A program made the translations under genes and the position numbers. This document shows, piece by piece, positions 44,926-64,000 of a DNA stretch of 64,000 nt (position 1 is the stretch's first letter; the number at the start of each line of letters is the position of its first letter). A model generated the notes under the pieces. It did not search any database. It worked only from the letters and a program-made list of their open reading frames with translations, and was not told the DNA's origin. Source of the DNA: the human T2T-CHM13v2.0 reference genome, Homo sapiens. The stretch lies in the NCBI RefSeq assembly GCF_009914755.1, contig NC_060939.1; one strand, 5' to 3'.

Positions 44926-45679
44926 TGGCAGCCTGAACTAGGGCAGAGGGGAGATTGAGAGGAGGGAGATGGACTGGACAAGCAGAATAACAGTGAATAG
45001 CAGGTTGTGGGATATGATGGTGCAGTCGCATAGGACCCTCAGTGCCTCTGGATAATTGGCTTACATCTTCTTGAGATGCAGCATGAGTGAGGGAGGAAGG
45101 AGCTTGAGTAGTTGCATTTGAGACTTGAGATGCTTGCCGGTCATCCAGTGCTCTAGGTAACTGGATATGTATGTGGTCAAGGGAGTGGTCAGGGGTGGAG
45201 ATACAGAGGATGGCCTCAAGTCTGGAAATACAAATAATATTATCTCATGTATTTTAATATCAATAAAAAATACATTACATATTTACTCCTGTTTCCATTG
45301 TAGAATCTTCATTATTATTGGGGAGAGAGTAAATGAAATGAGTTCAATCTTCCAAGGATGGCTAATCTTATGTATGTAGCTGCCTATATAAACTTTCCAA
45401 TAATTCACCAAGTGTTGGCCTATTTCTATTACCTTGGCTTCCTTAATCTTGACATAAATGCTCATAAGAAATTTTTGAAGTGTAAAGGACAGCCTCAGAA
45501 ACAATACAGCAAATTCCAGGCAGCCTCCATAAAAACATACAGCATATAGAGTTCTATATACCAACAAAAGGCTACAAAAACCCTGTAATTAGCCTTTTGC
45601 CTGTGGAATTAGTTTAAAGATAATGTCTATGAGTGCTGTAGATGATTAGATCTTAATTTTATAGTCAGAGTTATACTAC

Positions 45680-46264
45680 TGAGAGAGGAATAATATAAGG
45701 TGGCCGTAGGAGATTAGAAAATTCCAGGCAACAATTTCATATGACTAGCAAAAGGCAACTGTTGAAATAGCTGCAGAGGCTATGGGCTGATAAGACCCTG
45801 AGAAACAGGGTGTGGACCAAGATGGCTAAGACTGACTGAACCCAACATGTCACTGGATTTGACGTAGGTTTCTCCTAGAACCTCATTATATGCTCATTAA
45901 CGTAATCACATGCCCACCAGCACCATGACACTTCCAGGAACACCCATTATTTAGTGCAAAAGTGGGTGGCACCACAGTTTTGAGAAATCTTCACCTTTTT
46001 CCAGGAATCTTCATGAATATGTCACCCCTTGGTTACAGAAACCCATAAAGATAGTACCCGAAAACCTTGTGTGCAACTCTCTTGAGTACACCTGCACTCC
46101 CCTTTCTTGAGTGTGTACTTTTCGCTTTGCAATAAATCTTCATCTTTTCACTATTTTCTGACTCATCCCTGAATTTCTTCTTGTGATGGTGTCAAGAGCC
46201 TGGATACCGGTTGAGGTCAAGGTCCCACTAGTGTTTGTGGACCTACCCCAGCCCATCAGTATCA
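45680..46264 (+). mobile_element. MER4-group ERV1 solo LTR (MER66-like, subfamily uncertain)
   Basis: TG...CA ends, TSD ctac/ttac, aataaa near 46131, MER41-like core cccaccagcaccatgaca. Confidence 0.75.
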
Positions 46265-46282
46265 TTACCACCTCAGGACTAT

Positions 46283-46405
46283 CATATATATATATACGTA
46301 TATATATATATACGTATATATATATACACACACACATATATATACATGCTGGGGAATATATATATATGTGTGTATATATATGTATATATATACATATATA
46401 TACAT
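46283..46405. repeat. Compound (TA)/(CA)/(TG) microsatellite
   Basis: Long alternating purine-pyrimidine runs. Confidence 0.93.
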
Positions 46406-47059
46406 GCTGAGGAAAGGTGATTCGGTTCCTGATTTTGAAGGCCCTAAAGCCTCATTAATACCTAAATAATCCCTTTTTCACTGCCTTGGACATACTTACC
46501 CCTAACTCCCTCACTTCTTGAATTTTTCCTGCCTCCTTACGTTAGCAACACCTCTCTCCACCAGACCACCTAATGAGAGCACCATGACTCCTGAGGTCAA
46601 GGACCATATTTTGTTCAACATCATATTCTCAGCACTAACACAAAATGGGTGCTCAATAAATGCTCAGATAGCAAGTGGCCAGGGGAGGGCAGGTGAAAGA
46701 AGTTCCATCTGAAACATAATCCACGTTATTACCCGGTGTGGCAAACACTGCTGGTTATCTTATGGCAGTCATTTCTCCCTCGAATCTTTCCAGTTTTGAC
46801 CATTGGGAGCTCTTTCAGTTGGCTTTCATGCCTCCATCAATGTAGATTTGTTTTGAACACTTTCTTACTTTCAGGCACTACAAGATGCTGCAGGGTCGTC
46901 TTGTATATCTTCTGCCCGTCTTACAATCACCTGCTTCTCCAAGGATCCTTGATTCCTTTTATTGAAGGATGGTGTTAGAAACCAAGATTTCTGCATTAGA
47001 CATGCTCATTGCTGTTGGAGTGTCATTGCCTATAGATTCAACATACATAATTTAAAATG

Positions 47060-47310
47060 TGGTAGTAGCCCCATTATTTAAAAAAAGCAAAAAAAAAAAG
47101 ACTGAAATTGACTTTAATTAAACCAAGTGTTTCCAACATATTATCATTTCAATATGTAATCAATGCAAAAAATGATTAATCAGATTTTTGCATAGTTTTT
47201 CTTTCACACCGAGTCTTTGAAATTCAGCCCATCTCAATTTGGATTAATCACATTTCAAGTGCTCCACAGCCCACATGTGGCTAGCAGCTACTACAGGAAT
47301 AGTGAAATTC
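47060..47310. mobile_element. hAT-Charlie MER3/MER33-like
   Basis: tatcatttcaatatgtaatcaat...tttcaagtgctc...cacatgtggctag. Confidence 0.7.
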
Positions 47311-47319
47311 TAAAAGCTT

Positions 47320-48620
<1,301 letters not shown>

Positions 48621-48636
48621 CTAATTGTTACAAGTA

Positions 48637-49750
<1,114 letters not shown>

Positions 49751-49839
49751 TCTCTAGAAATATAGGAAAGTTTCAGGTATTTATTTTGTATTCTGCAATT
49801 TTGCTAAATTCATTTATTCCGTTAAAAAACTTGACTCTA

Positions 49840-51388
<1,549 letters not shown>

Positions 51389-51771
51389 CATGTTATTTAT
51401 GAATAAATGGTTTTATTTATTTTCCCTTTTAATTGATATTTTAACCTAAATTGATTTGTATTTCATATCAAGAGAGTGGACAGTTTTTGATACAAACTCT
51501 TTGGAAAGAAATTTGGCAATATAAACAAGAAATCATAAAATTATTATACTCTTTGATTCAGTAAAGTCCCTCCTAGAAGTCTATGAAGGAAAGTGATTCT
51601 TTTCTTAAAAAGAAGTGTGATACACCCACTCAGTGAGCTATTTGTAGACATTAAAAATGAGATTATAAAAACATGACTGTTAAGATGCTTACAGATTAGT
51701 GTTGTACACCCAACTAAAAGTGGCTTAAAGTTTAAATAATGTCTCCACATAACAAAAAGACCAGAGAAATC

Positions 51772-52075
51772 TGGGTGGGGTGGCTCACCCCTCTAATCTC
51801 AGCACTTTGGGAGGCTGAGGCAGGCAGATCACTTAAGGCCAGGAGTTCGAAACCAGCCTGGGAAACATGGCAAAACCCCGTCTCTACAAAAAAATATAAA
51901 AATTAGCTGGGCATGGTGGCACGCATCTACAGTCCCAGCTACTCGGGAGGCTTAGGCATGAGAATCACTTGAGCGGGGAGGTGTAGGTTGCCGTGAGCTG
52001 AGATTGCACCACTGCACTCCAGCCTGGACAATAGAGGGAGACTGTCTCAAAAAAGTAAATAAATAAATAAAAATA
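51772..52075 (+). mobile_element. Alu (AluJ-like)
   Basis: Diverged dimer; approximate TSD aa(a)gaccag. Confidence 0.9.
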
Positions 52076-52156
52076 AAGACCAGCGGTAAGGCAATTCCAA
52101 GACTTACTAAATAGTTTGGTTTTGTTTTTTTTAGAAAAACAGGTGATATGTATATA

Positions 52157-52540
52157 TGAAGCAAGAGAATAAGGTCTGGAGACAGGGAACCTTCACTTCA
52201 GCCTCTGATTGGTCGCAGGCCAAGTCTTCATTTTCACAGGGCATAACTCCACTTCAGCCTCTGATTGCTTGTGGGCCATGTCTTCATTTACATAGGGTGT
52301 AACCAATAGGAAACCTCTAAAGAGTAATGAAACCCCAGAAGATTTTGCAACAGGTGCTCTTGAGCTTCTTGCTTAAGCCACTCCCACTCTGTGGAGTGTA
52401 CTTTCCTTTCAATACATCTGTGCTTTCATTGCTTCTTTCGTTCATCTGGTTTTTTGTTGCTTTGTTTGTGTGTTTTGTCCAATTCCTTGTTCAAAACACC
52501 AAGAACTTAGATGGCTCGTCAAGACCCTCCACCAGTAACA
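52157..52540 (+). mobile_element. MER51-like ERV1 solo LTR (short)
   Basis: tgaagcaagagaataaggtctggagacagggaacc...cagcctctgattgg...gtaaca; TSD TATA. Confidence 0.8.
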
Positions 52541-53794
52541 TATACATTAATATTTAAGAAACACTGAAACTTAAGAAACTTCCTCTTAAGTCACATTGAC
52601 CTGGGTTGCTATCAGAAATGAATTAGTTGTTCTCAATCCTGGCAGCTCATCCAAATAACCTGGGGAAATCTTTGCCAAATACAAGGGCAAGATTTTTTCT
52701 TATGTTTTCTTCTGGATTTTTTATAGTTTTAGCTTTTACATTTAGGCCTATTATTCATTTTGAGTTAGTTTTAGCATATGGTGTGAGGTTGGAGGATTTT
52801 TTTTGGCCTATGGCTACCTTAAATATAACTCAAAAGTCACAAACTATAAAAGACAAAAATCAGTAAACTAGACTATCAAAATTAAAATCTGTTTTTCAAG
52901 AGAAAAGAAAATGAAAAAGCAAGCCACAGGCTGGGAAAAAATATTGAGAAAGCAATCAAACAAACCAGAATGGGGTTTTTAAGGAGAAGGTAACTTTACA
53001 AGACAATTGACCTGGTGTCTTTAAAAAAATTATTAGAAAATAATAATTGTGCATATTCATGGGGTATATAGTGATGTTTTGATAAAAATAATTCATAGCA
53101 ATCAGATTACGGTAATTAGCATATCCATCATCTCAAATATTTATCCTTTCTTTATGTTGGAAACATTCAATATCCTCCTTCTTGGCCTGGTTTCTTTACA
53201 AGTCAATGGCATGAGAGAAAGAAGCGGGGAAGGGAAGACTGTTCTAGAGTACAAGAATTTAAGAGATACAATAATCAAATGGTTTGAGCAAACCAACTAA
53301 AAATAACATTATTGGGAATAATTGGGAAAATTTCAGTATGTAGTGGGCATTGGGTCAGTGTTTCTCCACCTGTGGTGAAGGAACAGTTTTTCCCCAATCC
53401 ATTGCAGAAAGTTACAGTTGTGAAATAAAATAAAAATTAATTAGTAGAAAAATGAAGTAAATAAAAGATGCACAACAAACAAGAGTCATTGTTTTTACTA
53501 TTGTTGGAGTCAACAGACATAAAATTATCCTGTGAAATTGTTGTACTTACTTCTAAATGGCTATTCTCAGTTTCTTTACACATTTCTTCACAGACAGACA
53601 ATGGTTTATGACCAGAACCACTGATAATGGTAATGATAATGATAATGGTAGAGAATAGAAAAAGTCCTGACATTTCTAGGAAAAGACTGATTGTACCAAA
53701 GCTATTGTAACAAGTAGCCACTACAACTGCTTTTTAACCTGCTTAATAAATAAATTATAGTTCTGTAATCATGGTAAAAATAACTGCAAGCACT

Positions 53795-54450
53795 ATTTAT
53801 ATATACATATACACATATATAAGCATATATATGTATTTGTGTGTCTGTGTGTGCATATATAGTGTATATTCATGAGGTATATGTGCAATTTTGCTACATT
53901 GATATATTGCATTGTGGTGAAGTCAAGGCCTTCAGTGCATCCATCACTGGAGCAACACACATTGTACCTACCAAGCAACCTCCCACCCATCTTCCCATCT
54001 TCCCAGCCCTCAAATCCCCATTGCCCATCATTCCACATTCTGCTTTTATATGTACACATTACTTAGCTTCCACTTATAGGTGAGAACATGCGATATTTGT
54101 CTTTCTGTGTCTGAGTTGTTTCACTTAAGATAATGGCCTCTGGTTCCATCCACATTGCTGCAAATGACAGAATTTCATTCTTTTTTATGACGAAATAGTA
54201 TTCCATTGTGTATGTGTACCATATTTTGTTGATCCAATCCTCTATTGATGGGCACCTAGGTTGATTCCATGTCTTTGCTATTGTGAATAGTGCTGTGATA
54301 AATATACGAGTGCAGGTATATTTTTGATATAATGATATTTTCCTTTGGATAGATACCCAACAGTGAGATTGCTGGGTCAAATGGTGGCTCTGTTTTTAGT
54401 TCTTTGAGAAATCTCCATACTGTTTTCCATGGAGGTTGTACTAATTTACA
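53795..54450 (-). mobile_element. L1MA/L1PB 3' end
   Basis: Minus ORFs give L1 ORF2 tail ([33 protein letters not shown]). Confidence 0.9.
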
Positions 54451-55219
54451 CAGAATTGGTTTTAAATCCATTTAATCAATCAATGACAATTTGCCTTGGC
54501 CCAATTTGCAATTTAATCCATTTGTGAATCTCCTGCTTCTGAAAGTCAGTCCATTGAGACTGATTCCAATGAACATGTTTCTGAATGCCAAGCCATCAGA
54601 AACAGGCTCATCTGAGTGACCTTGTGTCTACAGCTGATGAAAACCTAATCCCACTTCTAAAAATGCACCAATCTCTGAACTACACTCTTTTTAAAAACCC
54701 AATACAAGGTCGTCAATCAGTTCTACACAGATAGATTGTCCCTGACCAGCATCCCACTCATTTACTTAAGTAAGTGATAAATACAGCTTTGTGCTTTGTG
54801 TTTCAGATGTTGAATAGTGGTCTTGTTCTTTGACAGGACATAAGAAAATGTCTTTATACCTTATGCTTACTGAAGCGCTTAGATATAAAATATAGCTATA
54901 GATCATGATAAGTGAAGAAAATAGGGTGATGTGATAGAGACTAGAGAAAAATGACTTTAAGGTGGGATTAGGGAAGGTCTTTTTTAGAGGTGTCATTTTA
55001 GCTGAGACCTGAAGGTAGATGCCAGTCGGGCAAGGAGCCTATGAAAGAGACTTCCAGTCAGAGCTTGTTTGTGCAAAGGCTCCCAAGGTGGGAAACACAA
55101 CATCCTCTAGGTTCATCTGTGTTGTCATAAATGACAGAATTTTTTGCTTTCTTAAGGGTGAGTAGTATTCCATTGTGTATATATGCCACATTTCCTTTAT
55201 CTATCTATTCATCCATTGA

Positions 55220-55894
<675 letters not shown>

Positions 55895-55924
55895 ATGTAT
55901 GTCTTCTTTGGAAAAGTTGAGTAT

Positions 55925-57150
55925 TTAGTTTGATAAGAAAAGAAATGATAACACAATACAGATTTTGAAAAGCTGACAAACAGCAAAACATCACAAAATC
56001 CTTAAAAAGCATAAAATTTTCATTAACTGCCTAATACATCTTTATACCACCCTTCTTCCCCATTTTTGGCTGCAAATTTTTTCATATGACATTGATTTTA
56101 TAGTATCAGTTTACATGGAGAGAATAGAAAAAAGCTCAATCTGTCCTATAGCATGTTGATCAAAATTTGGTTTTTTAAATTTTTGTTTGTTGAGATGCTT
56201 AAAACATACAATGTTACACAAGAACATACTCTCTGTTTGTAATACTGCTACTATTTATGATCCACAAACACAGGAATTATGATCAAGTCTATAATGTGAG
56301 ATCCCTATCAGAAAAAAACATGTATTTAAAGCTGTTTACCCAGCATTATCAAATATATACTTGAAAAAAAAAACTTCATTTTGACAAGGAACTAAATCTG
56401 CTATTTATAATTTTACACTTCTGATGATTAGAAGAATTTTCCACATGGTAGCTTGGGCTCAATATGGTTCTCTTTTTACTTTCAACTTTTCCATGTCCTT
56501 ATTTTTAAAGTATGTATCTGATGAACAGCATACAGTTGGGTTATTGTTTTACTGGTCTGACTCTTTGTCTTCAGGTTGGAGTATTTAGTCCGCTTGCATG
56601 CTCCTCATATTGTTCTCTGCAGCAATGTTGGTCATCCCAGTTACTACATCGCACTTTGGGTGTTGTTTCTCCTCCACTGTTGACATACTACTTTGGTGCC
56701 AGAAGCTATAGGACACATTCACATTGTGATGGGACCTCTAGCCATGCACTTTTGTGCCTGGATACCAGATGAGTTGGCACAGTTGGCAGTAGGCGTGTTC
56801 TAGGAATCCATTCTTATATCAGCCAGACTAGCAATAATCTAACTCAACATGGAAGTGACTATGAGACACTTAAATTATCCTACTAAACTCAATATATCCC
56901 AACTTAACTTTCCTTTATCTAACTTCCAGAAATGCCTATGGCTATTCACCCAACATCCAACATGGGGAGAAATTTGGTGGGAAGTTAGAGCACAGAGTTC
57001 TGAACTAATTGAGTTTTAAAGATTTACTTTTTAAAATTGTGTGAAAGTATATGGCTATGTGAACTAGCTAGGGCTTTTCCCTGGGCCTTGGAAGGGGCTT
57101 GTACAACCTTAAGTAAGCTTCACTAGCTTCACAGTAAACCTGTTTTGAGT
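55925..57150. mobile_element. Old hAT-type DNA transposon fragments (Tip100/Zaphod-like)
   Basis: End resembles gggccttggaagggg...taagcttcactagcttcacagtaaa; family from memory only. Confidence 0.4.
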
Positions 57151-57651
57151 ATGGCTAATAATGGCTTGAGCAGAAGTAGGGTAAAATAGCCATTCAATTA
57201 TGATTTGCTGCTGACCCTGTTGAGAGAATCTGACTATGGACCTCTGCTTCCCCAGATTATCTGAATGATAATAAATATTACAAATAAGACAGAGATCTTT
57301 GAGTGGACAGGGCGAGAGAGGCAACTGGACTGTGGAACCCTAGATTAGTATATCGGAAAATTTAGAACAAGTTCCTTTTTCCCTACTGTTGTCTGTTGAC
57401 CTCTGTTGGGATTTTATGAATATAATACTTCTAAATTTTATATATGGCTAAAATTGCCCTATTTTGTAATCTCAATGTAGAAATGACAATGTAATAACAG
57501 GTTTTTCCTGATTTGTTAATTTATGTGCATGAAAAGTTTTACATACATTGGTATAAAAATTATTTAGTTATATGTATTTTAAATTCCCTTCATTTTAGAA
57601 AGAATAATGTTTTATGAAATGAAATGCAATACAAAATTCTATAACATTTGA

Positions 57652-57980
<329 letters not shown>

Positions 57981-58099
57981 TAGCCCTCATTTTTGTCAAA
58001 AAGTACTTATACTCCTGTATTTAATCAAACATCTTTTAGAGAAATCTTTGGATAATTCTTTTGGATTATTATTACAGATTTTACAATTTCCTGGCCTTA

Positions 58100-59495
58100 C
58101 AGGTTTTTCTTTTAATGAGAATTTTCCTACGGAAAGGAGAGGAAATAGTAAAATTAACCCCCATATACTCATCTAAACTTGACAATGATTAACATTTTGC
58201 CATAATTGCTTCCTCTATATTTTTTCTGATGTTTCTTAAGGTAAATCATAAAGATCATGTTTTTTCATGCTCTAAAGATTTTAGTAGGCATCTCTAAAAA
58301 TTAAGAACATGTAACAACAATCCCTAATGAAATTAACAATAATTCCTTTTATATCATAAAATACCCATTCTATATCTGAATTTTCCAATTGTACAAAAAT
58401 ATTCTTTCTAGAGGTTTGTTCAAAATGGCATCCAATCAAAGCCCACAATTTGCATTTGTTACATCTCTTAAGTCTTGTGCAATCTGGAACAGTTTCAGTC
58501 CACACTTATCCTCCCATGACAGTGACTTGTTGAGGAGGCTAGAAAAGTAGTCTCTTCTATTAACAGTCTGGTAGAATTTTCCACCTTCTGGAGTTGTCTC
58601 ATTGCTTCCTCACGGAGGCAGGATTTATTCCTCTAGCCCCTGGAATTTAGATCTAAAGGACTTATTAGATTCAAGTAAACTTTTTTTGGCAAGACTATTT
58701 TAGTGGTACTTTAAATTGCATTATAGCAGGATGCCCATATGTCTGGTTGTTCCACTATTTGTGATGTTAAGATTGATCCCTAGATTCAGGGAGTGACAGA
58801 CTGATTTCTTTAAAAAATAACAGCCTTATTCAAATATAATTCATATACCATGCAATTCACCTATTTAAAGTGTATAGCTCGGTGATTTCTAGTCTATTCA
58901 CGGTGCTGCGTAACCATCACTGTAAATATTTTCAGAACATCTTCAACACCCCAGAAAGAAACCCTATACTCATTAGCAGGCATCACCCCCACTTCCCAAC
59001 TACCACCACCACCACCCCCAGCCTTGAGCAACCACTAATCTACTCTTTGTCACTATAAGATTTATCCATTCTGGACATTTTATATAAATAGAATTATACA
59101 ATATGTGGTAACAGCCTGACTTTTGCATTGTAAAATTGCACCCTGCCATTCATTGCCTCATGACTAGCAGTAATCTGTCAGGGCAAATATTATTTAAATA
59201 GTGAAAACCTTCTTTTCTGATAGTGTTTATATTGGGCAGTGAGAGGAAAAATACATATTTTTTCCAATTTTAAAAATTGTGGTAAAGTAAATATAACATA
59301 AAATTTATCATCTTCACCAATTTTTAAGTGCACTGGTCAGTGGCATTAAATACATTCATAATGTTGTGCAACCATAACCACCAACCATCTCCATAACTCT
59401 TTTCATCTTGTAAAACTGAAACTCCATACCCATTAAACAATAACTCCCTATTTTCTCCTCCCATCATCCTCTGGCAAACACCATTCTACTTTCAA
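58100..59495 (-). mobile_element. L1M 3'-end fragments
   Basis: tataattcatataccatgcaattcacc; taacataaaatttatcatctt...gaaactccatacccattaaac. Confidence 0.75.
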
Positions 59496-59534
59496 AATAC
59501 ACAGTTTTAAAATTAAAATATTATATCAAATATC

Positions 59535-59842
<308 letters not shown>

Positions 59843-60179
59843 TAAGTAGCACTTAACTACCTTTGATCTGTAGAAACCTTTTTTCCCATTGACTTGTAAT
59901 TTCTTACTATGGCATATTTTAAAGACACATATTCTTTAAAAATTTATGATAGTGCAAAAAGAAGGGAAAGGGTCTTTGAAAAAGATTACTTGGCTGCTTA
60001 CCAAAATCAGGAAGGTAGTCTTCCATCGCACTTGTGTTTTTTCCCTCAGCTCATTTCAATAGGACTCTAGTATGCAATTACAAAATAATTTATAGAGGTA
60101 CTCAATATGTACCTTGCAAATATTTAAATTAATGGTTCTGTCTCTAATTTAACTGCATACTAAGTTCTTCTGGGGAGCT

Positions 60180-61450
60180 TGTGAAGACTTCCAACGTCAG
60201 CGTCCAGGTTCTATTCCATACCAGAGAAATTAGCATCTTAGGCAGCATATAACAGCTGATAGTGATGCTTGTGTACTTAACCTCACAACACATCAAGAGG
60301 CACATAATGTTGAGTTGATGCCAGTGACTGATGCTGAATTTGGTCACCAAATTAAAATGATGCCTACTAAGTCACTCCGTTGCAAGGCGTATTTTCTGTT
60401 TGCAATTAGCAAGTAATCTGTGGGGTGATATTTTGAAATCTTGTGACTACTCTGTTCCCCAATCATTTTTCACCTAATGGTTTAAGCGGTCATTGATAAT
60501 TCTTGTAATATGAGGTTGTAAAGTGATGATTTTCTAGTTCTAGAATTCTTTTCTGATTTGTTAGCTTGCATTCTTCTGTAAAGAAGAAGGATTACTCCCC
60601 AGCCCCTACCGTTTTTTGTTTTTTGTTTTTTTTGAGTATCCATTATGGATTCATGGATTTTTATTTGTCCAAAGTATTACTCTCAGGTATCCTCAGTCAC
60701 TACAGTCATTATTTTAATGCTAAAATTGTCTTGACTTTGCTAATCGAGGATCACTTTAAACATGGCCTTGGGTCTTCATATATATATATATATATATATG
60801 TTAGTTTTTTTTAAATTCAGATATAATATACACACAATAGAGGACCTAATTACAGCTTGAGGAATTTTTAAATACGTATACAGCCATGTAATTACACTCA
60901 GATCAAGATATTTACTATTTCCAGTACCCTAGAAGGCTCCTTCATGTCCCTTCCCTACCAATACTTACCCCCAGACCCAGAATAATCACCATTCTGACTT
61001 CTACCACCATAGATAAATTAGCCCATTCTTGAACTTCATATAAACAAAAACACGTGTTCTTTTGTGTCTGGCTTCTTTCACTCGTCATTATGTGTGCGAG
61101 ATGTATTCCTGTTGTTGCATGTGGCAGTAGCTCATTCTTTTCTACCGCTGATCACTTCAGAAATGAAACTGCTAAACCAAGGGGTACATATCTTTTCATC
61201 TCAGGCATCTGGCATATGTATTTTTAGGCTTTTGATTTATATAACCCACCTGCTTTCCAAAAGGCTTATGCCAATTGCTCTCTCACCAGAACGATATACT
61301 TAAGGACACGTTCTTCCATATCCTTGCCAAATCTAGCATTTATCTTTTCAAAAACCTTTCCTAAATTTGAAAGAAAACTAATAGTTTCTTCCTTTGAAAC
61401 ATTGTGCTTCTCTTATTACTCATTGGGTGTTATTTTTCATAAGTTTTTGA
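60180..61450 (-). mobile_element. L1ME/MC fragments with (TA)n at ~60778-60799
   Basis: gcaattagcaagtaatctgtgggg; accattctgacttctaccaccatagat. Confidence 0.65.
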
Positions 61451-61906
61451 CCACTCACATATTTATTATTTGCAATATTTCTTTCTGAGTGTTCTTTTCA
61501 AAGACTGAGCTAGTTGTGGAGACAAAATAGGAACACAACCCTTTGTTATAATTATATATGTATAGTATGTATTGTATTTATACATATGAATGTAAAGTTC
61601 AATTATATTATAACTTTTAGTAATTGAATGTTAACCAATGTTATGCAAGAAAGTAGATTCCATGGCTAAAGAAGTTTAGGAAATGTTAAAAACTATTTTT
61701 GTTTTGTTTTTTAAATTGTGGACCTCATAAACTTTATGATGCTAATGTGTAATGCGAATCTTCTAATATTCCTGTGTTCCTAAGAGGAAAATTTATATAA
61801 AGTTCTGAAGAACACAATTTGGGTTATTCTGCCTTAGAGCACATTCTTAAAGTAAGATTTATCAGGAAAACTAAATGAAATGTCCCTTTTTTTCCCTCAC
61901 CTTGGC

Positions 61907-62450
61907 TGTGGTAAGCCGAATTATACATCTTCTTCCACCTCATCCCACCCCCAAAGATGTTCTTGTCTTAATATGTGGAACCTGTATGTTACCTTCTACG
62001 ACAAAAGGGACTCTACAGATGTGATTAAGTCATGAGGATGATCACATCCTCATGATGAGAAGATTATCCTGGATTATCTGGGTAGGCCCAGCCTAATCAC
62101 ATGGGTCCTTAAAGGAGAGAACCTTTTCAGGCTGTTGTCAGAGGGAGATGTGACCACTGAAGAAAGGTCAGAGGGAGAAGCAAACTCGCTGGCCTTGAAG
62201 ATGGAGGAAGGGGCCATGAGCAATGAATGCGGCAGCTGCTGGGAGCTGGGAAAAGCAAGGAAACGGAGTTTCTTTAGAGTCTCCCCTACTGTCTCCAGAA
62301 GGAAGGCAACCTTTCCGACGCCTTGATTTCAGCCCAGTGAAACAAGTATTGGAATTCTGACCTACAAAACCATAAGATAATAAATTTTTGTCATCTTAAG
62401 CCCCTAAATTTGGGGTAGTTTGTTTCAGAAGCAGTAAGAAACTAATATAC
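61907..62450 (+). mobile_element. MaLR MLT1D-like LTR
   Basis: aaaagggactctacagatgtgattaag...gattatcctggattatctgggt...gaagatggaggaaggggcc. Confidence 0.85.
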
Positions 62451-62759
62451 TGGTCAACATTTAGTGTTGTCAATATTTTCAATTGTTGCTAATTTGAAAA
62501 TTCAAAAATGATATTTTATATTCATTGTAAAATGAACATTTTATAACTTAATGAATTTTCTTCCTATTTTTGAATTTCTGTTTGTGTCCTTTTCCTATTT
62601 TTCTTTTAGAGTGTTTCCATTTTATCGTTGATTTATATGAGCTTTTTATATATTATGGAAATTAAGTTTTGCAGGTATTTTCCTGGTTTTTCAAACTTAT
62701 AACACTTTTGTAATTTTTTAAAACATGAATTTTAGATATCTTATCATTCTTTTTCTTTA

Positions 62760-63800
62760 TGTTTACTTTTCTTTCTTTCTTTCTTTCTTTTAAGGCAAGG
62801 TCTTACTCTATCTCCCAGACAGGAGTGCAGTGACATAATCACAGTTCACTGCAGTTTCAACTTCCGAGCTCAAGGGATCCTCCCTCTTTACCCTCTGTGG
62901 AGTAGCTAGGACTACAGGCATGCACTACCATGCCCTGTTAATATATTTATTTTTTGTAGAGACAGGGTCTGGCTTATTGTCCAGGCTATATTGTCCTGGC
63001 CTCGAGTGATCCTCCCACCTTGGCTTCTAAAGTTCTGGGATTACAGGTATGAGTCACAGCACCCAGCCCTTTATGTTTTCTATCTGTAATGTTTAGGATA
63101 GTGTTTTTCTTCTCAAGATTATGAAAGTAGGCTGAGCATAGTGGCTTATGCCTGTAATCCCAGCACTTTGGGAGACCAAGTCAGGAAGATCTCTTGAGCC
63201 CAGGGGTTTGAGACAAGCCTGGTTAATGTAGGGATGCCCTGTCTCTGCGAAAAATTAAAAAATTAGCTGGGCATGTTGGCTCACATCTGCAGTCCCAGCT
63301 ACTCAAGAGGCTAAGATGGGAGGATTGCTTGAGCCTGAGACATCAAGGCTACAGTGAGCCATAATCATGTCACTGCACTCCAGCCTGGGTAACAGAGTGA
63401 GACCCTGTCTCAAAAAAGCACACAAACAAAAAGACTGTAAAAGTATTCACACATTTTTTTTCATGTTTTCACTTTACATGTTTGATCTGTATACAATTTA
63501 TTTCAATGAAGGTGTGAGGAATACATTCATTTTTCTTTTTCTTTTTTGTTTTCTTTTAGACAGGGTCTCACTCTGCCGCCCAGGCTGGAATGCTGTGACA
63601 CAATCATGGCTCACTGCAACCTTGATCTCCCTAGACTCAGGTGATCCTATCACCTCAGCCTCCCTAGTAGCGGAGATTACAGATTCATGCCACCACATCT
63701 GGCTAATGTTTTATTTTTTGTAGCGATGGGGTTTCACTGTGTTGTCCAGGCTGGTGTCAAAATCCTGGGCTCAAGCAATCCACCCACCTTGGCCTCCCAA
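62760..63800. mobile_element. Three old Alus in alternating orientation (-62760-63068, +63130-63430, -63530-63800)
   Basis: AluJ-like diverged dimers. Confidence 0.9.
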
Positions 63801-63844
63801 ACATTTTAATAAAAAATTGTTAGCTAATCATACAAACATCATTT

Positions 63845-64000
63845 AAATGTGCCCTCCAATGTTCATGTGTTGAAAACTTAATCACCAGTGCAACAGTGTT
63901 GTGAAGTGGGACCTTTAAGAAGTGATTATGTCATGAGGACAGAGCCTAACCCTGGAATTAATGGGATTAATGGACTAATGTCCTTATCGTGGGAATGGGT
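63845..64000 (+). mobile_element. MST/MLT1A MaLR LTR start (runs off window)
   Basis: ttcatgtgttgaaaacttaatc...gggacctttaagaagtgatta. Confidence 0.75.

Overview
Primate genomic DNA, almost certainly human (Alu-dense; the first exon matches my recollection of human DMXL2 at 15q21.2). The only protein-coding sequence is coding exon 1 of DMXL2 (Rabconnectin-3 alpha) on the minus strand (15998->15912, MHLHQVLTGAVNPGDNCYSVGSVGDVPFT, then a GTGAG donor), inside a CpG-island promoter. Positions 1-15911 are intron 1. Positions ~16.3-64 kb are upstream intergenic DNA made mostly of Alu, L1, L2, MIR, CR1, MaLR, ERV LTRs and DNA transposons. Nearly all supplied ORFs are Alu/L1/low-complexity artefacts. 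I see no new multi-gene system. Best observations: (1) a MER41 endogenous retrovirus with the layout of an L1-retrotransposed RNA copy (R-U5-PBS-internal-PPT-U3-R-polyA, 9-bp TSD) whose only U3 keeps tandem STAT1 GAS sites ~12 kb upstream of DMXL2; (2) a uORF in frame with the DMXL2 start and separated from it by one TAA; (3) a fragmented pogo/Tc2-type transposase fossil next to the promoter; (4) a fold-back palindromic insertion in an L1. Repeat subfamily names come from recalled consensus sequences, not from a RepeatMasker run, and boundaries are approximate unless a TSD is quoted.
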